64,000 nucleotides of DNA from an uncultured Clostridia bacterium. Lineage in GTDB: Bacteria; Acidobacteriota; Aminicenantia; UBA2199. Position numbers and translations under genes: made by a program. Below are positions 37,561-47,663 of this stretch, one piece after another. How positions within the stretch are numbered: the first letter of the stretch is position 1; each line of letters begins with the position of its first letter. The notes beneath the pieces were generated by a model, which was given only the letters and a program-made list of their open reading frames with translations, was not told where the DNA came from and searched no databases. The stretch lies in assembly GCA_964502145.1 (NCBI GenBank), contig CAZCVI010000009.1, forward strand, positions 73,438-137,437, written 5' to 3'.

Positions 37561-40500
37561 TTATTTAAACTTCGGTGTTATTTTTATTTCTACAACTACT
37601 TTTTGTGGCGTATCGTGGGTACTTTCACGGATAAACTCCAGGCGATACTTGCCCAGAAAGCCAGCACCGGGTTGCCAATAAAAGATTCCCCGCTGACTAT
37701 CCAAGGTAGAACCTATAGGTAATGAAGACAACGCAGTCACACTGACCACACTACCTTCAACCGGGGCAAAATGCATCTCCACCCGTTCCAACTCTTTGAT
37801 TTCCGTGGTTACCACACCATCCACATCCGGGGCAATGGGTTTTAATTCCGTATCCTGACGATAACCCCGGCTCACTCTCACCGGCGTGACAGAATCGACG
37901 GGAAAAAGAGACATATCCCGCTCAACAGTGGATTCACCCGAATGAGAATTCATCTGAGTGACAGCAGTATCGCTTCGGCCATGAATGTTTTGAATAGTGA
38001 AATAGCGACTACCAATACCATCTGAATCCCCACCACTATCTGTAGCTGTCCACTGGATGGTGTGAATCCCGTTCTTATACGTCGTGGTATTCAACGTGCG
38101 CACGCCAACTGCACCATTGCTGTTGGCATAACCGGGGAAAAGGGTTGCTATATCTGACCGATAGAGATTGTAAGTGGGATGACCCAGATTGACACCGTCT
38201 ACCCAAACATCAATTTTGGAACCATTGGTAGCTATGGAATGGGGTTGCGGGGTTAACACCCAGCCCCAGTTGGCAAAACTGGAACCTGCCGCTGTTCCAC
38301 CCTGGGCAGGAGTATCCAGCGCACCAAAGGGTTTGACTGCACTGTTATTGGTCAGGTTTATGGTCTTGGAACCGAGTGAAACCTGATTGCCCTCAGCATC
38401 GGTAGCCACGGCATACAATGTATAATACCCATTCCCACCACCGGGTAAGAAGTAGGTCAGAAGCATGTACCCCCAACCGGCTTTATAACTCTTCGGATGA
38501 GTGGGATAAGCAGCGGCGACATCGGGTCGCGAACCTTCCACAAAAACGGCATCGCCAACATAATCTGGGCCATTGTATATCTTCACACTGACAACTTCAA
38601 TATCATCCAAGGCCCATCCAGTCACGGGAATACTGCCATTACCAGTAGAACCATCCAGCGGGGTGGCAAATTCACCAAAAGGCACGGTATTTACGCCCCA
38701 GTTAGACACGGTCAGGTCAACGGAAATAGTTCGCGGGGTATTAGAGGCCCCGGAAGCACTCACGGTGATTTTACCACTATAACTTCCCGCTGCCAAACCA
38801 GTCGGATTGGCTGTTACGGTCAGTACTCCAGACTGCGAGCCAGACGCGGGACTGACACTCAACCAGGAGGAATCAGACACGGTAGTCCACGTTAATGTAC
38901 CAGCACCACTGTTGTCGATCAATATGGTTTGCGCGGTAGTCACAGTATTGTCGACACGGGCACCAAAATTAAGCTGGGTGCGACCCAGATTGATTTTCGG
39001 CGGGGTGGATGAGATAATACTGAACACGGCGTTGGAAGTATCCGTGGGACTGCTATCAGAAGCCTCGCTGACCCTCACCAAACAGGTCGAGGACGTGGTG
39101 GCGGGCAGGGTCCAGGGATGGGTAGCATCATTGGGGGTACTGGCCACGATTACTGTCCAATTGCTGCCATTGTTGGTGGAATATTCGATTTTTACGTTCC
39201 CCACGGCATTGGTCGTGCTCCAGGTAATATTGTGGGCAGAGCTTGTCACCCAGCTCTCACCGCCATTGGGAGAGGTCACGGCAATGGTGGGTGTAGTGGA
39301 CGTGATAATTGAAAAAACAGCATTCGAAGCATCGCTGGGACTTCCATCGGAAGCTTCACTGATCTTGATTTTGCATTGGGCTGATGCGGAATTGGGCACA
39401 GTCCAGGTAAAGGAACCATCATTGGATGTGGATGAAGTCACTGTAGACCAACTACTGCCGTTATTGCTGGAGTATTGGATTTTAACATTGCCCACGGTGC
39501 CACTGCTCGTCCAGGTAATATTTCGGGAAGAGTTTATCGTCCAACTCTCCGCACCATTCGGTGCAGTCACGGTGATGGAACTGGACCCACCCAATAATTG
39601 GGTGATAGCCGCGCCCACATCAATTCGGGGCACAGTTCCAGTGCCACAAACGCTGCTGACCGCTTTGCCAGTACTACGTAACGCATTGTAAATATCCGTG
39701 ACACTCGCGGAAGATTTGGCTTGCCTCAGTAACGCCCAGGCACCCGTGACATGGGGGGTGGCCATGGAGGTTCCGTCCCACGATTTATAGCTGGAATTGC
39801 TTTCGCCGATGGAGGAATAAACGGAAACGCCCGGCGCGAACAGTTCGGTCAGGGTGCGGTGCCAGTTATTAAAAGAGGCTTCAGAATCGCTGTCTGTCGT
39901 GGCCCCTACGGCCACCGCCGAAGAGATACAGCTAGGAGAACCGACATAACCACAGTACCCGTTATTACCGGTGGCAATACAGGTGGCGATATTAGCCGAT
40001 TTCAGATTATCAATGGCCGCTTTCTGAATGGCGCTATCGCAATAGGCGCTATAAGAACCCCCGCCTAAACTCATATTAACCGCGCCAATACTGTAGGAAC
40101 CACGCAACGTATAGATATATTCCAAACCGGCTACCTGATCTGAATTATAGGACATGACGCACAGGTCACCATCGCAATCTTCGGTACCAAAACGGGAGAA
40201 TACCTGTACGGCGATAATATTGCTGTTTTTAGCCACGCCAGTTAAGCTGCCATAGTTCCCAGTGGCAATACCAGCTACATGGGTACCATGATCATAACCA
40301 TCGTATGAACTTTCATAATGCGCGGCAGACCCGGTGCCAGTCATGGATGTACTGCCGTTAGGGCAATCGCTAAGAGCTGAAAAACAGGCTTCCTTGATCG
40401 TTTTTCCGGTGAAAAACTGGTGCGTGCGCAAGATGCCCGTGTCCAAAATAGCCACATACCAACCACTACCCGTGTAACCCATGGTCCACGCATCATCGGC

Positions 40501-41070
40501 GCCGATTACTTTCACCGTGTTGCTCAACATGGTGCGACTTAAATTATCGTTGTTTGTGGGGGTAGTTTTGACCAATGGCTGCTTGAATAGTTGCGCGTCA
40601 GATAAATCATCGGCCAGTTTCACCGGTTTATCCTCGACGATTTCCAGCACATTGGGAAGGGTCGCTATAAATGACATGGCTTGGGGTGAGACATCCAAGG
40701 CCAAGTAAGGTAATGTTCGATAAGTATGGTTGATCCGGTAATCCAAACCGTTCAAACTATGCAGTACTGTAGAAGTCACTGCTTCGATGGCATTGGCCAA
40801 CGCCAAGTCCGCATCAATTCCAGCCTGCGGAAATACAATGCCAGGTTCTATCGTCCCAAACTGGGTGGACGCTGCGGTTAATTGGTTTATACCCGGTACA
40901 TCTAACTTAACGATCACTTTGGTATAACCTTGTGCCGCTACCGGTGTGTCCACGGCAGAAGAGATGATGGGGATACATAAGATAGCCATGAATAATAACC
41001 ACACAGAATAATGGCCGATTTTGTGCAGCACTTTTTTGTTTTTAACAGGCAAATTGCATCTGCTCCTCAA
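37561..41070 (-). CDS. Secreted subtilisin-like serine protease (peptidase S8) with multiple Ig-like repeats and a conserved C-terminal module
   Basis: Catalytic-triad motifs DTGI (Asp), HGTHVAGIA (His), GTSMATPHVTGAWALL (Ser). Signal peptide. Repeated ~90-aa domains TVTAPNGAESW...ITWTSSGTVGNVKIQYSSNNGSSW. Confidence 0.85.
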   Translation of the reverse strand: MRSRCNLPVKNKKVLHKIGHYSVWLLFMAILCIPIISSAVDTPVAAQGYTKVIVKLDVPGINQLTAASTQFGTIEPGIVFPQAGIDADLALANAIEAVTSTVLHSLNGLDYRINHTYRTLPYLALDVSPQAMSFIATLPNVLEIVEDKPVKLADDLSDAQLFKQPLVKTTPTNNDNLSRTMLSNTVKVIGADDAWTMGYTGSGWYVAILDTGILRTHQFFTGKTIKEACFSALSDCPNGSTSMTGTGSAAHYESSYDGYDHGTHVAGIATGNYGSLTGVAKNSNIIAVQVFSRFGTEDCDGDLCVMSYNSDQVAGLEYIYTLRGSYSIGAVNMSLGGGSYSAYCDSAIQKAAIDNLKSANIATCIATGNNGYCGYVGSPSCISSAVAVGATTDSDSEASFNNWHRTLTELFAPGVSVYSSIGESNSSYKSWDGTSMATPHVTGAWALLRQAKSSASVTDIYNALRSTGKAVSSVCGTGTVPRIDVGAAITQLLGGSSSITVTAPNGAESWTINSSRNITWTSSGTVGNVKIQYSSNNGSSWSTVTSSTSNDGSFTWTVPNSASAQCKIKISEASDGSPSDASNAVFSIITSTTPTIAVTSPNGGESWVTSSAHNITWSTTNAVGNVKIEYSTNNGSNWTVIVASTPNDATHPWTLPATTSSTCLVRVSEASDSSPTDTSNAVFSIISSTPPKINLGRTQLNFGARVDNTVTTAQTILIDNSGAGTLTWTTVSDSSWLSVSPASGSQSGVLTVTANPTGLAAGSYSGKITVSASGASNTPRTISVDLTVSNWGVNTVPFGEFATPLDGSTGNGSIPVTGWALDDIEVVSVKIYNGPDYVGDAVFVEGSRPDVAAAYPTHPKSYKAGWGYMLLTYFLPGGGNGYYTLYAVATDAEGNQVSLGSKTINLTNNSAVKPFGALDTPAQGGTAAGSSFANWGWVLTPQPHSIATNGSKIDVWVDGVNLGHPTYNLYRSDIATLFPGYANSNGAVGVRTLNTTTYKNGIHTIQWTATDSGGDSDGIGSRYFTIQNIHGRSDTAVTQMNSHSGESTVERDMSLFPVDSVTPVRVSRGYRQDTELKPIAPDVDGVVTTEIKELERVEMHFAPVEGSVVSVTALSSLPIGSTLDSQRGIFYWQPGAGFLGKYRLEFIRESTHDTPQKVVVEIKITPKFK

Positions 41071-41195
41071 TTTTTCCTCCGATCTTTAGTATTTTATATT
41101 TCTGAAAGGAACTACACCTTTCAATTAATTCAAAAAAAGTTTAGCACATTTTCAAAGGAAATTCAACTGGGAAATTTAAGATGGATGCACAGCCA

Positions 41196-41305
41196 ACTTC
41201 TTGAAATCGTTATGGACTATATGGACTATATGGACGAAATGGACGTTATGGACGAAATGGACGTTCTGGACAAAAGAGGCTATTCGTCCAGATCGTCCAT
41301 ACGGC
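41196..41305. repeat. TGGAC 9-nt-period palindromic repeat element
   Basis: CTTGAAATCGT leader, then ATGGACTAT ATGGACTAT ATGGACGAA ATGGACGTT ATGGACGAA ATGGACGTT CTGGAC, loop, CGTCCAGATCGTCCAT. Lies between the two protease genes. Confidence 0.7.
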
Positions 41306-41306
41306 T

Positions 41307-44300
41307 TTAAAATTTAGGGACTATGTTTATTACTACACTCACTTTCTGCGGCTGACCATCGGCCCCCTGGCGGGCAAACATTAGGGTGTACTTACCTAAA
41401 AAGCCAGGGCCGGGCTGCCAGTAAAAGATGCCTTTATCTCTATCCACGGTAGAACCGACGGGCAAAGGAGAAATCGCCTCCACCGGACCCTGGCTCCGCA
41501 AACGTATTTCTACCCGTTCGTCCTCTTTGATCTCTAACGCGAAAACACCATCAGACGCAGGGAGAATCTCTTGGGGTTCAACATCCTCGCGGTAACCGCG
41601 TAACAGACCGATGGCAACGGTGGTATCTTTCTGCAATTCACGATGACTGGCACTGAAATCCAACGTGGCGGAAGTTTCTGCGTGGCGGCTACTGGCATTA
41701 TAAATCGAGAAATAGCGACTGCCGATTCCATCCGTATTACCAGCGGTGTCTTTGGCTGTCCACTGGATAGTGTGAATGCCATTGGCATAGGTGGTGGTAT
41801 TGAGGGTACGATACCCGACAGCACCATTACTGTTGGCATAACCGGGGAAAAGTGTCGCAATATCAGAGCGATACAAATTATAAATGGGATGTCCGAGATT
41901 CACGCCATCTACCCAGACATCAATCGTGCTGCCATTGGTTGCAATCGAATTGGGCTGCGGGGTTAATACCCAGCCCCAGTTCAGAAAACTTGAACCTGAA
42001 GCCGAACCACCCTGTAGCGGCGTATCAATGGCGCCAAAAGGTTTGACTGCACTGCTGTTGGCCACGGTAATAGTTTTGAAACCCAGGGAGAGTTGATGGC
42101 CCTCGGCATCGGTAGCAATGGCATATAAGGTATACTCACCATTCCCACCACCGGGTAAGAAATTTGTCAAAAGCATGTACCCCCACCCGGCCTGGTAATT
42201 TTTAGGGAAACCAGGATAAGCGCCTTCCACATCGGGTCGAGCGCCTTCAACAAATACGGCATCGCCAATGTAAGCGGCTCCATTGTATATTTTCACGCTG
42301 ACCACTTCAATATCATCCAATACCCAGCCGGTCACCGGAATGCTGCCCATGGCAATAGTGCCGTTTACCGGGGTGGAAAATTCACCGAAGGGCTGGGTTG
42401 TAGTTCCTGAATTAATCATGGTCAGGTTAACGGTGATGGTTTGCGGGGAATTGGTAGCCCCGTTCGCACTAACAGTGATAGTGCCGACATCCATCCCAGC
42501 GGAGAGGACAGTAGGAACAACGGAAACAGAAAGTATCCCGGACTGGGTCCCAGACGCGGGACTGACGTGCAACCAGGATGCATTGGAACTAGCGCTCCAC
42601 GTCAATGTACCACCACCACTGTTGCCGATTAATACAGTTTGCGTGGAAGTTTTTGCGCCACCTGTATCCGCACCAAAATAAAGCTGGGTGCGGTCCAGTT
42701 TAATTTTAGATGGAGTTGGAGAGCTGGAAGAGATAGTGAAAACACTATTGGAACTATCAACGGGACTGCCATCGGAGGCTTCACTAACCCTTACTTTGCA
42801 AGTAGTAGACGTGGTGGAAGGCAGGGTCCAAGAATGGGAACCATCATTGGCGGTAGCTGCGATTATTGGGGTCCAACTACTGCTGTTATTAATGGAGTAT
42901 TCGATTTTTATATTGCCCACTGAGCCAGTAGTGCTCCAGGTAATGTTATGGGTAGAACTTGTGAGCCAATTTTCACCACCATTGGGAGAGGTCACGGTAA
43001 TAGTTGGGGAAGAAGAAGTGGTGATGGTAAAAGCAGCATTGGAAGAATCAGTAGGACTGCTATCGGCTGCTTCGCTGATCCGTACTTTACAAGTCGCGGA
43101 AGCAGCATTGGGGACAGTCCAGGAATAGGAACCGTCATTGCCTGTGGTATTGATTGCCGTGGTCCAATTACTGCCATTATTCGTGGTGTATTCAATTTTT
43201 ACATCTCCCACGGTGCCGCTAGTACTCCAAGTAATGTATTGGGTGGAACCCACTGCCCAACTTTCACCACCATTGGGAGAGGTCACGGTGATAGTTGGAG
43301 TAGGAGTACTGCCCGATACCCTAAAATTAGCCACGGTGGAGGCGGTATTGTTTAAAGCCCGGCGATTATCTGCGGCCAAGGGGTCGGAATATAATACACC
43401 CATGGGTTGTCCCCCATAGGTTTTATCTGGGTTTGACCAATAATTCACACGGGTACAACCCGGAGTAGCGCAATTGTAAGCCATAATCGTGCGGAATGCT
43501 TTATCTGGGGCTTGGTAGCCATACGCATAAGAATAAGCGCCCTGACCACCCCCGGTATTGGCACGGTCATGATGACAGCCCATGTTATGGCCCAACTCGT
43601 GGGCAAAAGAGTAATACCCCGTGGCACAGGTCAAAGATACCAGTGCAAATGCATCGGAGGCAAAAGAGGTGCTCACGGTAGTCATTAGGTACGCTAATCC
43701 GCAATAGCCGGTGTCATTGACCAGCAACACGACCTCGTCAGCAACGTAGGTATTACGCAAAGTATGAACTTCATCCATATACCCGTCCGCTGTGCCTTGC
43801 AGTCTATCCAGAGTGGCGCTCCAGTTAAAACTGGTTTCGCTGTAATCGACTTCTGCCGAATGGACCAGCCTGATCCGTTGGGAGACGCCGCTGTTGCTGT
43901 ATCCCGCATTGGATTCGGTAACTGCCAGGGTGATCAAGGTTTGCATGGCGCTGGTGCCACCCGCCGCAGCACGGGCCGCTTGGTCATACACTACCAGCAC
44001 GTCAATAGTGTCGCCACTGTCCGCCACCACGCCGTCTAGAACTGGCTCTTTTGTAACCATGGCCAAGGTTTGATGGTTGATTTTTTCCGTGTCTGTTAGC
44101 GCGCACGATGGAAATTTGGAGTGATCTATTTCGTGGATAGCATGAATACCATCGCTGATATACCGGATCTCATAAAAGGCATCAGGCAAAGAAATATTTC
44201 CCGACATAATACCATCTTTATAGACCAGGATCACTTGGCCATAATTTATTCCGTCAATAGTTCCAATCCATGAGAAACGGCCCCCATCATCAATTTCCAA

Positions 44301-44597
44301 ACGTTGGAGCATAGCCCGGTAATACACACCGCCGAATAAATTTAATTCCAAAGTATTGCCTAGATCGGCTTTTTTATCAGTCTCGGCAGGTAATAAGTTG
44401 AAATCCACGGTTACAAAGCGGGTGCGTATAATAGTTGGCACCAGAAACCGTTGGGGATCACCCTGGAATATTGTATCCGCAAAAAGGTCCTGTGGTTCTT
44501 GCACTGCCAAGAGCGGTGTACTCATTCCTATTATCTGCAAGAATAACAGACCTATTAATACAGCTACCAGTACCTTTATCTTTGATATTTTTCTCAT
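41307..44597 (-). CDS. Secreted zinc metalloprotease (metzincin, HExxHxxGxxH) with Ig-like repeats and the same C-terminal module as the S8 protease
   Basis: HELGHNMGCHHD zinc-binding motif. Signal peptide MRKISKIKVLVAVLIGLLF. The C-terminal ~400 aa are nearly colinear and highly identical to those of the 37561-41070 product (for example PFGEF.TP..G...GSIPVTGW.LDDIEVVSVKIYNG). Confidence 0.8.
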   Translation of the reverse strand: MRKISKIKVLVAVLIGLLFLQIIGMSTPLLAVQEPQDLFADTIFQGDPQRFLVPTIIRTRFVTVDFNLLPAETDKKADLGNTLELNLFGGVYYRAMLQRLEIDDGGRFSWIGTIDGINYGQVILVYKDGIMSGNISLPDAFYEIRYISDGIHAIHEIDHSKFPSCALTDTEKINHQTLAMVTKEPVLDGVVADSGDTIDVLVVYDQAARAAAGGTSAMQTLITLAVTESNAGYSNSGVSQRIRLVHSAEVDYSETSFNWSATLDRLQGTADGYMDEVHTLRNTYVADEVVLLVNDTGYCGLAYLMTTVSTSFASDAFALVSLTCATGYYSFAHELGHNMGCHHDRANTGGGQGAYSYAYGYQAPDKAFRTIMAYNCATPGCTRVNYWSNPDKTYGGQPMGVLYSDPLAADNRRALNNTASTVANFRVSGSTPTPTITVTSPNGGESWAVGSTQYITWSTSGTVGDVKIEYTTNNGSNWTTAINTTGNDGSYSWTVPNAASATCKVRISEAADSSPTDSSNAAFTITTSSSPTITVTSPNGGENWLTSSTHNITWSTTGSVGNIKIEYSINNSSSWTPIIAATANDGSHSWTLPSTTSTTCKVRVSEASDGSPVDSSNSVFTISSSSPTPSKIKLDRTQLYFGADTGGAKTSTQTVLIGNSGGGTLTWSASSNASWLHVSPASGTQSGILSVSVVPTVLSAGMDVGTITVSANGATNSPQTITVNLTMINSGTTTQPFGEFSTPVNGTIAMGSIPVTGWVLDDIEVVSVKIYNGAAYIGDAVFVEGARPDVEGAYPGFPKNYQAGWGYMLLTNFLPGGGNGEYTLYAIATDAEGHQLSLGFKTITVANSSAVKPFGAIDTPLQGGSASGSSFLNWGWVLTPQPNSIATNGSTIDVWVDGVNLGHPIYNLYRSDIATLFPGYANSNGAVGYRTLNTTTYANGIHTIQWTAKDTAGNTDGIGSRYFSIYNASSRHAETSATLDFSASHRELQKDTTVAIGLLRGYREDVEPQEILPASDGVFALEIKEDERVEIRLRSQGPVEAISPLPVGSTVDRDKGIFYWQPGPGFLGKYTLMFARQGADGQPQKVSVVINIVPKF

Positions 44598-44780
44598 TTG
44601 CTAAACCTCCAAAGTCCTTGCCGTTTATTATGTTCTGTTCTATTATTGCATAAGCATAACATTTTTTCAACCCAAATTATTCTTATTTACTATGAATAGA
44701 AGGGTGAAGCGGCGACTCCATGAAGACAATGGAGGCACAACACACATGAAAAAAAAATGACCCCGTTTTGGTTCTTTAAT

Positions 44781-45584
44781 TTATTGTTTTAGGGCGTCAT
44801 TGATAGCGGCTCTGAATTTAGGGTTGGCTTTAAAGCCGAAACTTTCTGCTTTATCCAGATAATCCAATGCTTTTTGGTATTGTGTGGACATGAAACAGAG
44901 GTTAGCCAGATTCCCCAGTGCGTTGCTGTGTTTTGGATCGGATTTGACAGCCAGCATGTATTGGTCGTAGGATTCTTGGAACTTATTCATTTTAAATAAG
45001 ATATTGCCATGGATATAAAAATAATCTGCCGGGATTTCTGCCAACTGGGCGATAGGGGAATTCAAGCGATTATTAATTTGCGCGATACTTGCTTCGGAAG
45101 CGGAAATACCATTCTCCAGGTCAGAGCGAGCCTTATTGATACCTCCAGAACCTATAGTAGACAATTTCTGTTTCATATCTATGATCTGCTGTTCCAAGCT
45201 TGATTTTTGTTCCCGCAATTGGTCCAAATATTCCTGGTAAGTAGATGCGCTCAACTTCGAAAAAATGATATGCGTTTTTTTGGCACTCTCGATGTACTCC
45301 AGTGCTTTGGTAAAATTTTTAAGCTCGTAAGCAATGCGACTCAAATAAAAATGCGCATAGGAATAACCGGGGAAATTCTCCAGGCACTCCATCAACATCT
45401 TTTCTGCTTTATTCCAATCACCCTTGTTAAATAATTTTTCGCCTTTATAAAATTGCGTTTTTGCAATGCGAAATTTCGACAGGGCGTTTTGGTCCATCAC
45501 TTGGGCATCCTGCCCAAAAACAAAACCTGACCAGCAGACGACCAATAAGACTATCAGGCCCACCATCATCTTCAACCGATACAT
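44781..45584 (-). CDS. TPR-repeat protein with an N-terminal signal/anchor
   Basis: Start set at MYRLKMMVGLIVLLVVCWSGFVFG. Multiple TPR-like helical repeats (AHFYLSRIAYELKNF..., LAVKSDPKHSNALGNLANLCF...). Confidence 0.65.
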   Translation of the reverse strand: MYRLKMMVGLIVLLVVCWSGFVFGQDAQVMDQNALSKFRIAKTQFYKGEKLFNKGDWNKAEKMLMECLENFPGYSYAHFYLSRIAYELKNFTKALEYIESAKKTHIIFSKLSASTYQEYLDQLREQKSSLEQQIIDMKQKLSTIGSGGINKARSDLENGISASEASIAQINNRLNSPIAQLAEIPADYFYIHGNILFKMNKFQESYDQYMLAVKSDPKHSNALGNLANLCFMSTQYQKALDYLDKAESFGFKANPKFRAAINDALKQ

Positions 45585-45957
45585 ACTTGCTACTTCTCCA
45601 GAATGAGTGTCTCTTTTTTCTCTTTGAATTTTTTTTGTCACGTTTACCTCCAAGGCAACATTGTTCTTTAAAATCTTGTTGCTATCCTCATTATACACTA
45701 TACGGATGTTATAAGCAAATACGGATGAGTGTTTATTTTATAACAGAATTTAAATCACCTGAAGAAGAAAAGAACCGGGTTGAGCGATAAAACTGGACTA
45801 CAGATTATGCAGATTACAGGCCTCACCGCAGAACAAATAAATCAGTGCATGAAAAAATGGCCCTCCATTCATAAAATTTTACCTTTGGAGTTTGCCTTTC
45901 AACCTGCAAGTTTAGGCCATTTGAGAGTTGTAGAACTTTATTGACAAATTTGCTCCT

Positions 45958-46650
45958 CAAAACAATCTGTGGGTGAATTCTGGTTCGGGTAACTTCCCCA
46001 ATGCATGATAACACAGTATTTCCGCAGCCGTATAGGTTCTAAATCCATAAGCTTTTCTGAATGTCAATTTCAGCTTGTTATTTAACCCTTCAACAGCCCC
46101 CGACGACAACTCTTTTTTTGCCTTAAACCAATTCAATATAAGCGGTTTATGCCTATGTATTTTTTTTGCATTATCTTAAATAGGTCCGATCTTTGAATAC
46201 ATGACTTTTTTCATCCAGCGATTGATAAACCATTCCGCCCAATAAGGAGAGACGTAATCCCATAGACGTTGAAAGTCTTCTTTAAGAAGATAGCTCTTCA
46301 CAGTTTTTAGGTTCTGCTTAAGGAGTTCGGCTAATTTCTGTTCCTGTGATTCCGATAGATTTTCCAGGTTCTTCAAAAAAATTCACTTGCACTTCCTCAG
46401 AACTGGTTGTTTGCCATCTTTCTTCATTTTTGTAATTTCCTGGTTCCTGACTTTATTAATGGCTTTGCTTATCTGAGCCATGATATAGAAACGGTCGAGA
46501 ACATGAAGTGCGTTTCCTGCATTTTTTGCGATGACATTAATATATGCTTCCCCATATCACTGCAAATAAACTTCAGCTTCTTAATCCTCTCCTCTTGGAA
46601 GAAATTGAGATATCTTTATGTCCCATTTCAATCAAATTCATTTTGCGGCC
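45958..46650 (-). mobile_element. ISL3-family transposase remnant (C-terminal ~230 aa, frameshifted, N-terminus missing)
   Basis: Minus-strand translations (spread over more than one frame) give ...WKAYINVIAKNAGNALHVLDRFHIMAQISKAINKVRNQE..., ...QRLWDYVSPYWAEWFINRW..., ...SSGAVEGLNNKLKLTFRKAYGFRTYTAAEILCYHALGKLPEPEFTHRLF*, the conserved ISL3 DDE and C-terminal motifs. Confidence 0.65.
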
Positions 46651-46687
46651 TACATCGAAAGCCCAGGTTTTTTTTAGCCAATCCCGC

Positions 46688-46909
46688 TCAATCAAGATTT
46701 TCCTGGGTTTTTGCTTTGCTATTGCTACTATTGGATTCGGAAAATATCTCGCTGGCTTTTTCAAGAAAAATCTGTTTCCATTTGGTCAGTTGGGTCGGAC
46801 GCACCCCGTGTTTGCTGGCTATTTCTGAAAGGGTCTGGGTGCCGCCAAGCATTTCCAGAACCATTTTGGTCTTGAACTCTGCGCTATGTTTGCGTCTGCT
46901 TTTACTCAT
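46688..46909 (-). pseudogene. IS3-family transposase OrfA (HTH_Tnp_1) fragment, truncated before the leucine-zipper region
   Basis: RRKHSAEFKTKMVLEML.GTQTLSEIASKHGVRPTQLTKWKQIF matches HTH_Tnp_1. An A8 run at ~46670 resembles the IS3 A-AAA-AAG slippery site, but the downstream frame is not OrfB-like. Confidence 0.6.
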
Positions 46910-47085
46910 GGATTACTCCTCAATACAATGCCCTAATTTTAAAACAAACAGAGCTGGTTGCCCATCACCTTTTTTTATTTTAAGACCCCTTCCGATTCCA
47001 CCATGATGGGGAGGGAAAAATGACCATAAACATGCAAAATCTATCGTTATTGAGGAGTCCTTAACCATTGCACCGCCCCCTAATT

Positions 47086-47508
47086 TCAAAGGAGCCGGGA
47101 AACCGACACGCGGAGCCGTTGAATTATCAATTGATCGGTGCTGGGATAAATTACAAACCTTTTGCCCATACAAAATTCATAATCCTCCAACCACAACCCT
47201 GATATTCGAATCCTTGAAACATAGGTGTCCTTTCTGAATTTTGAGTTACTGGCCCGGAATAGCCAACCTACCCTATATAGCCTTGGATATGAATTCAATA
47301 ATGATTTCATATCCGGCTCTGGGGGATATATGGTTGGAAATATTTTAATCTGCAAATCCGGGAAATCAAGCAATAGACGCCGCCAGATAATGGATATCTT
47401 ATGAAAGGACAACTCTTCAAAATCGCCTTCTAACAGGGTTGTGCATGTCTCTAACAATAATAACAACACTGCTCTCTTTAATTTTTCATTCAACTTCTTC
47501 GTGCTCAC
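47086..47508 (-). CDS. Hypothetical protein (140 aa), no recognisable domain
   Basis: Open reading frame only. Lies between the IS remnants and the next gene; it could be non-coding. Confidence 0.25.
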   Translation of the reverse strand: MSTKKLNEKLKRAVLLLLLETCTTLLEGDFEELSFHKISIIWRRLLLDFPDLQIKIFPTIYPPEPDMKSLLNSYPRLYRVGWLFRASNSKFRKDTYVSRIRISGLWLEDYEFCMGKRFVIYPSTDQLIIQRLRVSVSRLL

Positions 47509-47637
47509 TGTAAACTCCTTAAAATTTGACCCAAAAACAAGCTTAACATGTTGTCAAATTATAGGGGTCCATTATAATTCGTGGGCAAATCTTTTTTTCT
47601 TTATCACAAATTAAAAACTTTTTAAAAAAGTTATTTC

Positions 47638-47646
47638 TGGTATAAT
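47638..47646 (+). promoter_or_regulatory. Extended -10 promoter (TGGTATAAT)
   Basis: TTATTTCTGGTATAATGTATGAGAGGTGAAAACATG. Places the transcription start near 47653 and the ribosome-binding site GAGGTG before ATG 47664. Confidence 0.45.
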
Positions 47647-47663
47647 GTATGAGAGGTGAAAAC

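Noticed and set aside
41011-41310. 99-aa ORF ending ...MDYMDYMDEMDVMDEMDVLDK
   Set aside because: It is the in-frame reading of the ATGGACNNN tandem repeats (locus E), an artefact of the 9-nt periodicity. No start or ribosome-binding-site context.
47195-47225. tRNA-like T-loop (TTCGAATCC)
   Set aside because: No acceptor, D-arm or anticodon-arm pairing can be built around it. It looks like an isolated motif in AT-rich intergenic DNA.
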